Notes under the pieces: model-generated
Database searches by the model: none
Told to the model about the DNA's origin: nothing
The model's input: only the letters and a program-made list of their open reading frames with translations
Assembly (NCBI GenBank): GCA_963771355.1
Contig: CAVYTA010000007.1
Location: 256,001 to 320,000 of the forward strand
DNA length: 64,000 bases
DNA from: an uncultured Candidatus Rokubacteria bacterium
Lineage (GTDB): Bacteria; Methylomirabilota; Methylomirabilia; Rokubacteriales; CSP1-6
Direction: 5' to 3'
Position numbers and translations under genes: made by a program
Shown here: positions 18,865 through 27,554 of the stretch, one piece after another
Position numbering within the stretch: position 1 is the first letter of the stretch
Layout of the letters: every line of letters starts with the position of its first letter

Positions 18865-20187
18865 GTGACCATCGCCGCCCGCTCCTCCACCTTCGCTTCC
18901 GACGCGACGGACGCCTTCGCCCGCCGCCACCTGCGCCACAATCTGCTGGCGCTGGGCATGGACTTCGGGTTCTTCATGGTCGCGCTCTCGTTCGCGGGAC
19001 AGGCCACCATCCTGCCCGCCTTCGCCGCGCATCTCGGCGCGCCCAACGTCGTGATCGGCGCCATTCCCGCGCTCATGACCGTCGGGTGGTACCTGCCGCC
19101 CCTCTTCGTGGCGGGGTACACGCAATCGCTCGCGCAGAAGCTCCCGTTCATCGTGCGGTACACGCTCTGGGAGCGCGCGCCGTACCTGATCCTGGCCGTG
19201 GCCGCCTTCACCCTCGCCGTCCCCGCGCCCGGGCTCACGCTCGTCCTGCTCCTCGCCATGCTGCTGGTCATCGCGGCGACGGGCGGCGTGCTCATGCCCG
19301 CCTGGATGGACGTGGTCGCCGGCGCCATCCCCACCACGCTTCGTGGCCGCTTCTTCGCGTTCGCGGGGGTGGGGGCCAGCGTGGCGGGACTGGGCGCCGG
19401 CCTGGTCACGGCGTGGCTACTCTCGACGGTGCCGGCTCCGCGGAGCTACGGCCTCTGCTTCCTCCTCTGCGCGGTGTTCATGGCCGTCTCCTACGCCGCG
19501 CTCACCACGGTCCGGGAGCCGCCGCCGGCGGCGGGGCCGTCCGTCATCTCGATGCGCGGACAGCTGCGGCGGGTACCCGCGATACTCCGCGGCGACGCCA
19601 ACCTCGCCTGGTACCTCGCCGCGCGCGCCTGCGCTGCGGTGGGGACCATGGCGGGCGGGTTCTATACCGTCTACGCGCTCACCGTGCTCGGCGCGCCTGC
19701 CTGGCAGGCGGGCGTGTTCACCACCTTCATGGTCGCGGGGAAGATCGTGGGAGACCTGGTGCTGGGCTGGGTCGCCGACCACCTGGGACACCGGCTCGTC
19801 CTCATCACCGGCGTGGTGGCCACGATGGCGGGCAATGCGCTGGCGCTCCTGAGCCCCTCCATCGAGGCGTTCGGCGTGGTGTTCGCGCTGCTCGGCGTGC
19901 ATCTGGCCGCGAACAATGTCTCCGGGCTCAACGTGCTGCTGGAGTTCGCGCCCAGCGCGGCCGAACGGCCCACCTATATCGGCCTGGGTCTGACCACGGT
20001 GGCGCCGCTGGCCTTCGCGGCGCCGATCCTTGCCGGGCTGAGTGCCGACGCCTGGGGTTTTCCCGCGGTCTTCGTGGCGGCCGGCCTGTTTGGCCTGGCC
20101 GCGCTCGTCCTGCTCCTTGCGCGTGTGCGCGACCCGCGACACCTGGTAGAGACGCCGCATGTGGTGGAGATCCCGCATGGCGGCTGA
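18865..20187 (+). CDS. MFS transporter
   Basis: about 12 hydrophobic segments; GWVADHLGHR motif. Confidence 0.82.
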   Translation: MTIAARSSTFASDATDAFARRHLRHNLLALGMDFGFFMVALSFAGQATILPAFAAHLGAPNVVIGAIPALMTVGWYLPPLFVAGYTQSLAQKLPFIVRYTLWERAPYLILAVAAFTLAVPAPGLTLVLLLAMLLVIAATGGVLMPAWMDVVAGAIPTTLRGRFFAFAGVGASVAGLGAGLVTAWLLSTVPAPRSYGLCFLLCAVFMAVSYAALTTVREPPPAAGPSVISMRGQLRRVPAILRGDANLAWYLAARACAAVGTMAGGFYTVYALTVLGAPAWQAGVFTTFMVAGKIVGDLVLGWVADHLGHRLVLITGVVATMAGNALALLSPSIEAFGVVFALLGVHLAANNVSGLNVLLEFAPSAAERPTYIGLGLTTVAPLAFAAPILAGLSADAWGFPAVFVAAGLFGLAALVLLLARVRDPRHLVETPHVVEIPHGG

Positions 20188-20776
20188 GACCCCCTGGGAT
20201 CAGCGCCTGGCGCGATGGCTGGTGCGGCCGTTCGCGCGGACCCCCCTGCGTCCCAATCACATCACCACGCTGAGCCTGGCCCTGGGCGTGGCCGCGGGCC
20301 TGCTCTTCGCCCGCGGGGAGACTCGCGCCGCCGGCTGGGGCGCCGCCCTCTTCATGCTCGCGCGGTTCGTGGACCACGCCGACGGGGAGCTGGCCCGCCT
20401 CACCGGAAAAACGTCGCGGATCGGCTACTACTACGACTATGTGGCGGGCGCGCTGTCGTCGGTGGCGCTGTTCGCCGGCATCGGCGTCGGTTATGCCGGC
20501 CGCCCGCTCGGCGGCTGGGCGCTCGCCCTGGGTCTTGCCGCCTCCGTGGCTGCGCTCGCCGCGATGGGATTCGGGCTCGCGGCGGACGCGCGCCGAGGCT
20601 CCGGCGACGGGCCCTATCCGCAGTGGGGGCCCTTCGAGCTCGAGGACGGCATCTACCTCATCGGCCCCATCACCTGGCTCGGGGGCCTCGCGGCATTCTT
20701 CATGCTGGGCGCCCTCGGGCAGATCGTCTTCTCCGCGCTCCGGCTGCGCGAGCTCCGGCACGCCGCCCGCCGGTGA
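20177..20776 (+). CDS. CDP-alcohol phosphatidyltransferase family protein
   Basis: PNHIT, DHADGELAR...G...D signature. Confidence 0.85.
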   Translation: MAAETPWDQRLARWLVRPFARTPLRPNHITTLSLALGVAAGLLFARGETRAAGWGAALFMLARFVDHADGELARLTGKTSRIGYYYDYVAGALSSVALFAGIGVGYAGRPLGGWALALGLAASVAALAAMGFGLAADARRGSGDGPYPQWGPFELEDGIYLIGPITWLGGLAAFFMLGALGQIVFSALRLRELRHAARR

Positions 20777-20836
20777 CGCCATCGCTGGAAAGTCCCTCCC
20801 CGCGGGGGCACACTTGAGTCGGGAGGGAACGCCGCG

Positions 20837-21580
20837 ATGGATTTGAGGCGACGGGGACTGCTATTGGGGAGCGGACTCTTGCTGCTTGCCCCCCGCCGGG
20901 CCTGGAGCCAGGGCGCGCTCGAGCGCGAGCACGCCCCGCGGCTCGCCATGCCGATCCTGGCCGAGGATTCGGCGGCGGTGCCGCTCGAGGTCTCGGTGGA
21001 GCACCCCATGGAGCCCGATCACTTCATCCGCTCCATCGAGGTCACGCTCGACAAGGACCCCGTGCCCTGGAAGGGCAAGTTCCTCTTCACCCCCGGCAAT
21101 GGCCGCGCCTGGGCGGCCTTCACCATGCGCTCGGGCGCCGGCGGCCTGGTGCGCGCGGTGGCGGAGTGCTCGCGGCACGGGAAGTTCACCGCCACGCGCG
21201 AGGTCCGGGTGGCCGAGGGCGGCTGCGCCACCGCGGCGCCGGTGGACCGGGCCCGCATGGGGAACCCGCAGCTGCGGCTGCCCGGCTCGCTCCGGCCGGG
21301 GCAGGTCGTCGAGGTCAAGACCAAGGTGGACCACGACTCGCAGACCGGGCTCGCGCTCAAGGGTGGGAAACACGTGCGCGAGGCGCCGGAGTTCTTCATC
21401 AAGGAGATGCTCGTCTATCTCGATGCCGAGAAGATCAGCGAGTTCCAGATGGGCTCGGCCATCAGCGCCAATCCGTTGATCCGCTTCCCCCTCAAGATCA
21501 CGAGGAGCGGCACCGTCCGGGTGGTGTTCGTGAACAGCGAGGGTCAGCGCTGGGAGGCTTCCCAGCCCGTCCGTGTCTAG
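20837..21580 (+). CDS. Tat-exported SoxY-SoxZ-like fusion with a superoxide-reductase-like His4Cys motif set
   Basis: LRRRGLL signal; PILAEDSAAVP, DKDPVP and EVRVAEGGC (SoxY-like); VEVKTKVDH..TG and AISANPLIRF (SoxZ-like). Confidence 0.75.
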   Translation: MDLRRRGLLLGSGLLLLAPRRAWSQGALEREHAPRLAMPILAEDSAAVPLEVSVEHPMEPDHFIRSIEVTLDKDPVPWKGKFLFTPGNGRAWAAFTMRSGAGGLVRAVAECSRHGKFTATREVRVAEGGCATAAPVDRARMGNPQLRLPGSLRPGQVVEVKTKVDHDSQTGLALKGGKHVREAPEFFIKEMLVYLDAEKISEFQMGSAISANPLIRFPLKITRSGTVRVVFVNSEGQRWEASQPVRV

Positions 21581-21595
21581 CGGGGAACGCCGGTC

Positions 21596-22804
21596 TCAGG
21601 GTTGCTTGCCCAGCGCGATGGCGCCCAGCGCGGCCAGGCGGTCGATCTCCCCGCGGTCGAGACCGAGCTCGCCCAGGACCTCCGCGGTGTGCTGCCCCAG
21701 GAGCGGCGCGGGCCGCGAGATGCGCGCGGGCGTGCCGCCGGCGCGGACCGGGAAGCCCACCATGCGCACGGTGCCGTAGCCCGGCTGCTCCATCTCCGCC
21801 ACCATTCCCAGGTGGCGAACCTGCGGATCCTCGAACACCTCGTCGAACTCGTAGATCGGGCCCGCCGCGATCTGCGCCTTCTCGAAGCGCGCCACCCACT
21901 CGGCGGTCGACTGGCCCGCGAGCACGGTCTCCACCCGCGCCTTCATCTCGGCGTGGTGGGCGAGTCGCTCCAGATTGGTGGCGAAGCGGGGAGCGGTGCG
22001 GAGCACCTCGTCGCCGAGCACGCCGCAGAAGCGCTCCCACTGGTCGGGGCTCAGGAGCACCACGTTGAGGTAGCCGTCGCCCGTCCGGTAGGCTTCCGCG
22101 GGGGTGAGGTTCGGATTCCGGTTACCCTCGCGGCGGGGCCGCTGGCCGGAGTCGAAATAGTGCGCGACGGGATCGGGCAGCATCGCGATGGTCGAGGCGA
22201 GGAGGTTCACGTCGAGGTGCTGGCCGCGGCCGGAGCGCGCGCGGTGCACGAGAGCGGCCTGGACCATGCCGAAGGTGAGGAAGGACGCGGCGAGGTCGGA
22301 GATGGAGCCGCCGGCGCGGGTGGGCGGATCGCCGGGATGGCCGGTGAGCGCCATGATGCCGGCCATGCCCTGGGCGATGAGGTTGTAGCCCGGCCGGCGC
22401 GCGAGCGGCCCATCCTGGCCGAAGCCGGTGACGGACGCGTACACGATGCCGGGATTGGCCGCGCTCACCGCCGCGTACCCGAGGCCCTGGCGCTCCGCCA
22501 CCCCGGGCAGGAAGTTCTCGATGAGCACGTCGGCGCGCCGGGCCAGCGCGAAGGCGACGCGGCGTCCCTCCGGGTGGGCGAGGTCCACCGCGATGCCGCG
22601 CTTGCTGCGATTGACCGCGGCGAAGGCCGCGCTCATACTGCCGTCGCCGCGGATGGCGCGGAAGTCGTCGCCGCGCCCGGGCCGCTCGAGCTTGATCACG
22701 TCCGCACCGAGATCGCCCATGAGCATGGCACTGTAGGGACCGGCGATGACACGCGAGCAGTCGAGGACACGCAGGCCCTCGAGCATGGCGGGGCGGTCGG
22801 TCAT
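21596..22804 (-). CDS. CaiB/BaiF family CoA transferase
   Basis: LEGLRVLD, DLGADVIKLE, NRSKR, ENFLPG, APLLGQHT. Confidence 0.92.
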   Translation of the reverse strand: MTDRPAMLEGLRVLDCSRVIAGPYSAMLMGDLGADVIKLERPGRGDDFRAIRGDGSMSAAFAAVNRSKRGIAVDLAHPEGRRVAFALARRADVLIENFLPGVAERQGLGYAAVSAANPGIVYASVTGFGQDGPLARRPGYNLIAQGMAGIMALTGHPGDPPTRAGGSISDLAASFLTFGMVQAALVHRARSGRGQHLDVNLLASTIAMLPDPVAHYFDSGQRPRREGNRNPNLTPAEAYRTGDGYLNVVLLSPDQWERFCGVLGDEVLRTAPRFATNLERLAHHAEMKARVETVLAGQSTAEWVARFEKAQIAAGPIYEFDEVFEDPQVRHLGMVAEMEQPGYGTVRMVGFPVRAGGTPARISRPAPLLGQHTAEVLGELGLDRGEIDRLAALGAIALGKQP

Positions 22805-22926
22805 GGCGGTGTCATCGTGTTAGCAGCGCCGTCCCGGCAAGTCAAGTCCAGGGAACCGGCGGGCCGCCACCCCCGTTTTCATGGGCGGTATCGTCTGCTT
22901 CCCTTCACCCCAATCCAGGAGGCCAC

Positions 22927-23766
22927 ATGTTCAACCCGCTCAGCCGGCGAGAAGTGCTCCGCTTCGGCGCGTACACCACCGTTGGAGGGGTGCTCACCCC
23001 GGGGATCTCGATGGCGCAGGCCATCGTCACCGACAGCAAGGGCCTGGTCACTCGCGACGTGACGCTCACCGTCGGCGGCGTCGCCATTCCCGCCTACGAG
23101 GCGCGGCCCGAGGCGGCGGGGCGGTACCCGGTGGTCGTCGCCATCTCCGGATTCACCGGGAACAGCGAGCATCACAAGGACGTCGTGCGCCGGCTCGCCC
23201 TGGCCGGCTACTACGCGATCGCGCCGGAGCTCTACCATCGGGAAGGCGGAATGCAAGGGAAGGACTTCGCCGAGATGGGTAAGATCGCGGGCTCGGTGAC
23301 GCGCGCCCAGTACCTCGGCGATATCCGCGCCGCCGCCGACTTCGCCCGCGGGCAGTCGTGGGCCCGCGCGGACCGACTGGGTGTCACCGGCTTTTGCGGC
23401 GGCGGCGCCCTCACGCTGCACACCGCGGCGGAGTATCCTGGGGTCTCCGCGGCGGCGCCGTGGTACGGCCATGTCAAGCGGGTCTATCGGGACGCGCCCG
23501 GTGTCGACGCATTCAGCCTCATCGATCGCATCACCATGCCGGTGCTGGGCCTCTACGGGGACGCCGACCCGGGTATCCCCTCGGACGACGTGAAGCGCTT
23601 CGAGTCCGAGCTCCGGAAGCGGAACCCGAACGTCGAGTTCGTCCTCTACCCCGGCGCGCCGCATGCCTTCTTCTCGGACGACCGGCCGCAGGTCTACAAG
23701 AAGGAGGCGTCGGAGGACGCCTGGAAGCGGCTCCTCGCGTTCTTCGGCCAGCACCTTCGGGCCTGA
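22927..23766 (+). CDS. dienelactone hydrolase family protein, Tat signal
   Basis: SRREVL; GFCGGG nucleophile; HAFF. Confidence 0.88.
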   Translation: MFNPLSRREVLRFGAYTTVGGVLTPGISMAQAIVTDSKGLVTRDVTLTVGGVAIPAYEARPEAAGRYPVVVAISGFTGNSEHHKDVVRRLALAGYYAIAPELYHREGGMQGKDFAEMGKIAGSVTRAQYLGDIRAAADFARGQSWARADRLGVTGFCGGGALTLHTAAEYPGVSAAAPWYGHVKRVYRDAPGVDAFSLIDRITMPVLGLYGDADPGIPSDDVKRFESELRKRNPNVEFVLYPGAPHAFFSDDRPQVYKKEASEDAWKRLLAFFGQHLRA

Positions 23767-23851
23767 TCGGGCGCTCCCGCCGGCCTGCGCTCCGGAGGTC
23801 CTGGGCGATCTCCGGAGCGCAGATATTTCGCCTCCCAGAACTATCGCCCAT

Positions 23852-23865
23852 TGCCATTCTTGGCA
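23852..23865. promoter_or_regulatory. palindromic enhancer candidate
   Basis: TGCCA-TTCT-TGGCA perfect inverted repeat about 95 bp upstream of a sigma-54 site. Confidence 0.5.
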
Positions 23866-23958
23866 GTGTGTCCGCACGAACTGTCAGTTCTTCCGCCTGA
23901 TCGTGGGCTGACGGTTCCTTTTTCCCTGTATTTTCGGCGACTTCTTCATCTCTCCCGG

Positions 23959-23974
23959 TGGCACGGTTGTTGCG
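23959..23974 (+). promoter_or_regulatory. sigma-54 promoter
   Basis: TGGCACGGTTGTTGCG near-consensus -24/-12. Confidence 0.75.
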
Positions 23975-24043
23975 GTGTCGACGGACCGCGCCCGCTTGTG
24001 AGGGGGCGCACGCACACGAACCGCGCGGGAGCGCGCAGGAGCC

Positions 24044-25033
24044 ATGGACCAGGATCTGGATCGCGAGGTCGCCTTCGTCGGGCAGCGGGTCAAGCAGAAG
24101 ATCTGCATTGCCCTGACGCTCTCGTCCGTCATCCCGCTCCTCATCCTGACGTACGCGATCTATGCCAATGTCTTCCCCCACCTGGATCCCGCCACCAGCC
24201 ATCGCGACCTGCTGTGGTTCGAGGCGCTGGTCATCTTCACCGGGCTCCTCATGGCGGCGGGCGGCTTCGTGGTGTGGGACCTCGCCAGCGCGGTGGCGCG
24301 CACGGCGGAGATGGTCACGGAGGCGCAGCGCGTGGAGACCTTCAGCGCCGTCCGGCACGACGAAGTGGGGACCTTGATGAACTCCTTCTCCCGCATGCTC
24401 GCGACCATCGAGGACCAGGCGGGCGAGATCAACCAGTTCGCCCAGCGGCTCGAGGGCGCCTACAAGGAGCTCGAGTTCACCAACGCCCGACTCAAGGAGT
24501 TCTCCTTCAAGGACGACGTGACCGGCCTCTACAACCGGCGGTTCTTCACCATCCGCCTCGAGGAAGAGGCGTCCCGCTTCCGCCGCTTCAACCACCCGGT
24601 GTCGGTGGTGCTGCTCGACCTCGACGGGTTCAAGCGGATCAACGATGAGCTGGGTCACGGGGCGGGGGACGACACCCTCCGCGTGATGGCGGACCTGCTG
24701 CTCAAGTACTCGCGGGGCATCAACGTCATCTGCCGCTGGGGCGGCGACGAGTTCGCGGTGCTCCTGGTGGAGACGACCAAGGCGGGGGCCCAGCTCTATG
24801 CCGAGCGCCTGCGCCAGGTCCTCGCCGCGTATCCGTTCGCGCACGGGCGCCAGATCACGGCCAGCTTCGGAATCGCCGCCCTCCCCGAAGACGTGGCGCC
24901 CAGCTCGGAGGACATCATCCAGGCCGCCGACGAGGCTCTCTACTCGGCGAAGCGGTCCGGCAGGAACCGGGTCTGCATGTTCGAGGACATCGCGGCCGCG
25001 CCTCGTGTCGAGCCCGAGGTGGAGCGAGTTTGA
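24044..25033 (+). CDS. membrane diguanylate cyclase (2 TM, HAMP-like, GGDEF)
   Basis: TGLYNRR, DLDGFK.IND, RWGGDEF, AKRSGRN. Confidence 0.93.
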   Translation: MDQDLDREVAFVGQRVKQKICIALTLSSVIPLLILTYAIYANVFPHLDPATSHRDLLWFEALVIFTGLLMAAGGFVVWDLASAVARTAEMVTEAQRVETFSAVRHDEVGTLMNSFSRMLATIEDQAGEINQFAQRLEGAYKELEFTNARLKEFSFKDDVTGLYNRRFFTIRLEEEASRFRRFNHPVSVVLLDLDGFKRINDELGHGAGDDTLRVMADLLLKYSRGINVICRWGGDEFAVLLVETTKAGAQLYAERLRQVLAAYPFAHGRQITASFGIAALPEDVAPSSEDIIQAADEALYSAKRSGRNRVCMFEDIAAAPRVEPEVERV

Positions 25034-26091
25034 GCCAGGCCGCCCATCCCCGCGGCGTCCTGATCGTCGACGACGACCGCCACATCCGCGACATCCTGCG
25101 TGAGCTCTTCCTCTCCAGCGGGTACGACGCGCGGGTGGCCGCCGACGGCAAGGAGGGGCTGGAGGTCTTCGACGCCGACCGGCCGCTCCTCACCGTGACC
25201 GACGTGCACATGCCGGTCATGGACGGGGTGGAGCTCCTCAAGAAGGCCCGCGCCCTCGACCCCGACGCCGCTTTCCTCGTCCTCACCGGCGTGGCCAACG
25301 TCCAGACCGCGGTGGAGAGCCTGAAGTTCGGGGCCTTCGACTTCATCATGAAGCCGGTTCACATGGACGAGATGCTCATCGCCGCCGAGCGCGCGCTGCA
25401 GCACCGGCAGCTCCTCATCGAGCGGCGGGAGCACCACGTCACCCTGGAGCGGAAGGTGGAGGAGGCCACGCGCGAGCTGGAATCCACCTTGCGCGAGCTG
25501 GAAAATACCTACCGGACCACGCTGGAGGCGCTCGGCTCGGCCATCGACACCCGCGACCTCGGTACCCACGCCCATTCCCGCCGCGTGCGCGGCTACTCAC
25601 TGACGCTGGCGCAGGCCCACGGCTTTCCCGCCGCCGGGCTGCGCGACCTCGAGCACGGCGTGCTCCTTCACGACATCGGAAAGATCGGCATCCCCGACGC
25701 CATCCTGCTCAAGCCGGGGCCGCTCACCCCGGCGGAGTGGAAGATCATGAGGACGCACCCCGAGATCGGACGGCAGCTCGTCGAGCAGGTGCCGTTCCTC
25801 CGTGGCGCGGTGCCCATCGTCTACCATCACCACGAGCGCTGGGACGGCACCGGCTACCCGCTGGGGCTCAAGGGGGACGACATCCCGCTGGGCGCGCGCA
25901 TCTTCGCGCTGGCGGACGCGTTCGACGCCATGACCTTCGACCGCCCGTACTCCCAGGCCATCCCGCTGGAGGACGCGCGGCGCGAGATCCAGCGGTCCGC
26001 GGGCACCCACTTCGACCCGCGCGTGGTGGAGACCTTCCTCCGCCTCCCGCTCGAGGTCTTCGAGACCATCCGCAGACAGTCGGTCGAGTAG
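25030..26091 (+). CDS. response regulator with HD-GYP phosphodiesterase
   Basis: REC (IVDDD, DVHMP, KP) plus HDIGK and HHERWDGTGYP. Confidence 0.93.
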   Translation: MSQAAHPRGVLIVDDDRHIRDILRELFLSSGYDARVAADGKEGLEVFDADRPLLTVTDVHMPVMDGVELLKKARALDPDAAFLVLTGVANVQTAVESLKFGAFDFIMKPVHMDEMLIAAERALQHRQLLIERREHHVTLERKVEEATRELESTLRELENTYRTTLEALGSAIDTRDLGTHAHSRRVRGYSLTLAQAHGFPAAGLRDLEHGVLLHDIGKIGIPDAILLKPGPLTPAEWKIMRTHPEIGRQLVEQVPFLRGAVPIVYHHHERWDGTGYPLGLKGDDIPLGARIFALADAFDAMTFDRPYSQAIPLEDARREIQRSAGTHFDPRVVETFLRLPLEVFETIRRQSVE

Positions 26092-26174
26092 TTCCGCCCT
26101 TCCCGGACCCCGCTCCCCCTCCCGATCGGTGCGGAATCTAGACTCCCCTGGACGCGTTGGGGTAGGATGCCGCA

Positions 26175-26411
26175 ATGCCTCGCTACCTCTTCATCGTGGC
26201 GAAGGACCATCCCGAGCTCTGCGGGCATCTGGCGCGCGAGTTCATGGGCGAGGCCGGGGTGGAGGTCGTGCTCGACCGTCGCCGCGCGGACCGAGGCCGG
26301 CGAGGCCTCGAGGATACCGACGAAGATCGGCGTGGCACGGAGCGGCGCTCGCATCCGTCCATCCAGCAGGAGCTGGCCGCGCTCAACTTCGCGCTCATCC
26401 GCGCGGAGTGA
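26175..26411 (+). CDS. small Arg-rich hypothetical protein
   Basis: 78 aa with a GC3-rich frame; TAGGAT -10 six nt upstream; DRRRADR and DRRGTERR motifs. Confidence 0.7.
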   Translation: MPRYLFIVAKDHPELCGHLAREFMGEAGVEVVLDRRRADRGRRGLEDTDEDRRGTERRSHPSIQQELAALNFALIRAE

Positions 26412-26462
26412 GCGCGGGCACGCACCGGCGGCGCCGTCCGGCCGCCGCGGAGGACTGAGACG

Positions 26463-27524
26463 GTGCGGCCCATCGACGCGATCCTCGACACCGCCATCGC
26501 CCTCAACGCGACCGACATCCATCTTCAGGCGGGACTGCCGCCGGTCTACCGGGTCCAGAAGCGACTCGTCCAGAAGGGCGGCGCCCGGCTCGGCCCTCAG
26601 GAGACGGAGGAGCTGGTCTTCTCGCTGATGACCGACCAGCAGAAGCGGATCTTCCGCGAGAAGCTCGATCACGACTTCTCCTGCGCGGTGCCGGGCCGGG
26701 CGCGCTTCCGGGTCAACGCCTTCCGGCAGCGCGACTCGGTGGCGGCGGCCCTGCGGCGCATCCCCTTCGAGATCCCGTCCTTCGAGAGCCTGGGCCTGCC
26801 CGCCAGCATGGCGGATCTCGCCCAGCTGCGGCGCGGCTTCGTGCTCATCACCGGCGCGGCGGGGCATGGGAAGTCGACCACCCTCGCCGCCCTCATCGAT
26901 CGGATCAACAGCGAGCGGCAGGTCCACGTGGTGACCATCGAGGATCCGATCGAGTACCTCTTCGTCCACAAGCAGAGCGTGGTGGTGCAGCGGGAGCTCG
27001 GCACCGACGTGGAGAGCTTCGCGGGCGGCCTCCGCGCCGCCCTCCGCGAGGATCCCGACGTGGTCCTCGTGGGCGAGATGCGCGACTTCCAGACCATCGA
27101 GGCCGCGCTGACCGCGGCGGAGACTGGCCACCTGGTCTTCAGCACGCTGCACACCAAGACGCCCGCCCAGGCCATCGACCGGATCGTGGATGTGTTCCCG
27201 CCGCACCAGCAAGGGCAGGTCCGCGTGCAGCTCGCGAACGTGCTCCACGCCGTCGTGACCCAGCAGCTCCTCGTGCGGAAGGACGGCGAGGGGCTGGTGG
27301 TGGCGGTGGAGCAGCTCATGGCGAACCCCGCGGTGTGCAACCTCATCCGGCAGGGCAAGACCTTCCAGTTGCCCTCGCTCATCCAGACCGGCGCCGCGGC
27401 GGGGATGGTGACGATGGAGCAATCGCTGAAGTCGCTGTGCGAGCGTGGCCTGGTCACCTACGAGGAGGCCCTGGAGCACGCCTTCGACGCGCACGAGCTC
27501 GCGCGTCTCATGGGACGCAGCTAG
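26463..27524 (+). CDS. pilT: type IV pilus retraction ATPase
   Basis: GHGKST, TIEDPIE, LREDPDVVLVGEMRD, AAETGH, STLHT, NLIR. Confidence 0.9.
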   Translation: MRPIDAILDTAIALNATDIHLQAGLPPVYRVQKRLVQKGGARLGPQETEELVFSLMTDQQKRIFREKLDHDFSCAVPGRARFRVNAFRQRDSVAAALRRIPFEIPSFESLGLPASMADLAQLRRGFVLITGAAGHGKSTTLAALIDRINSERQVHVVTIEDPIEYLFVHKQSVVVQRELGTDVESFAGGLRAALREDPDVVLVGEMRDFQTIEAALTAAETGHLVFSTLHTKTPAQAIDRIVDVFPPHQQGQVRVQLANVLHAVVTQQLLVRKDGEGLVVAVEQLMANPAVCNLIRQGKTFQLPSLIQTGAAAGMVTMEQSLKSLCERGLVTYEEALEHAFDAHELARLMGRS

Positions 27525-27554
27525 ACGCTCGGCCATCGCGCGCTTTCCCTCCTG

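Noticed and set aside
20837..21580. Evidence of a full Sox thiosulfate oxidation pathway
   Set aside because: No soxA/B/C/D/X in the window, and the GGC arm is internal rather than C-terminal.
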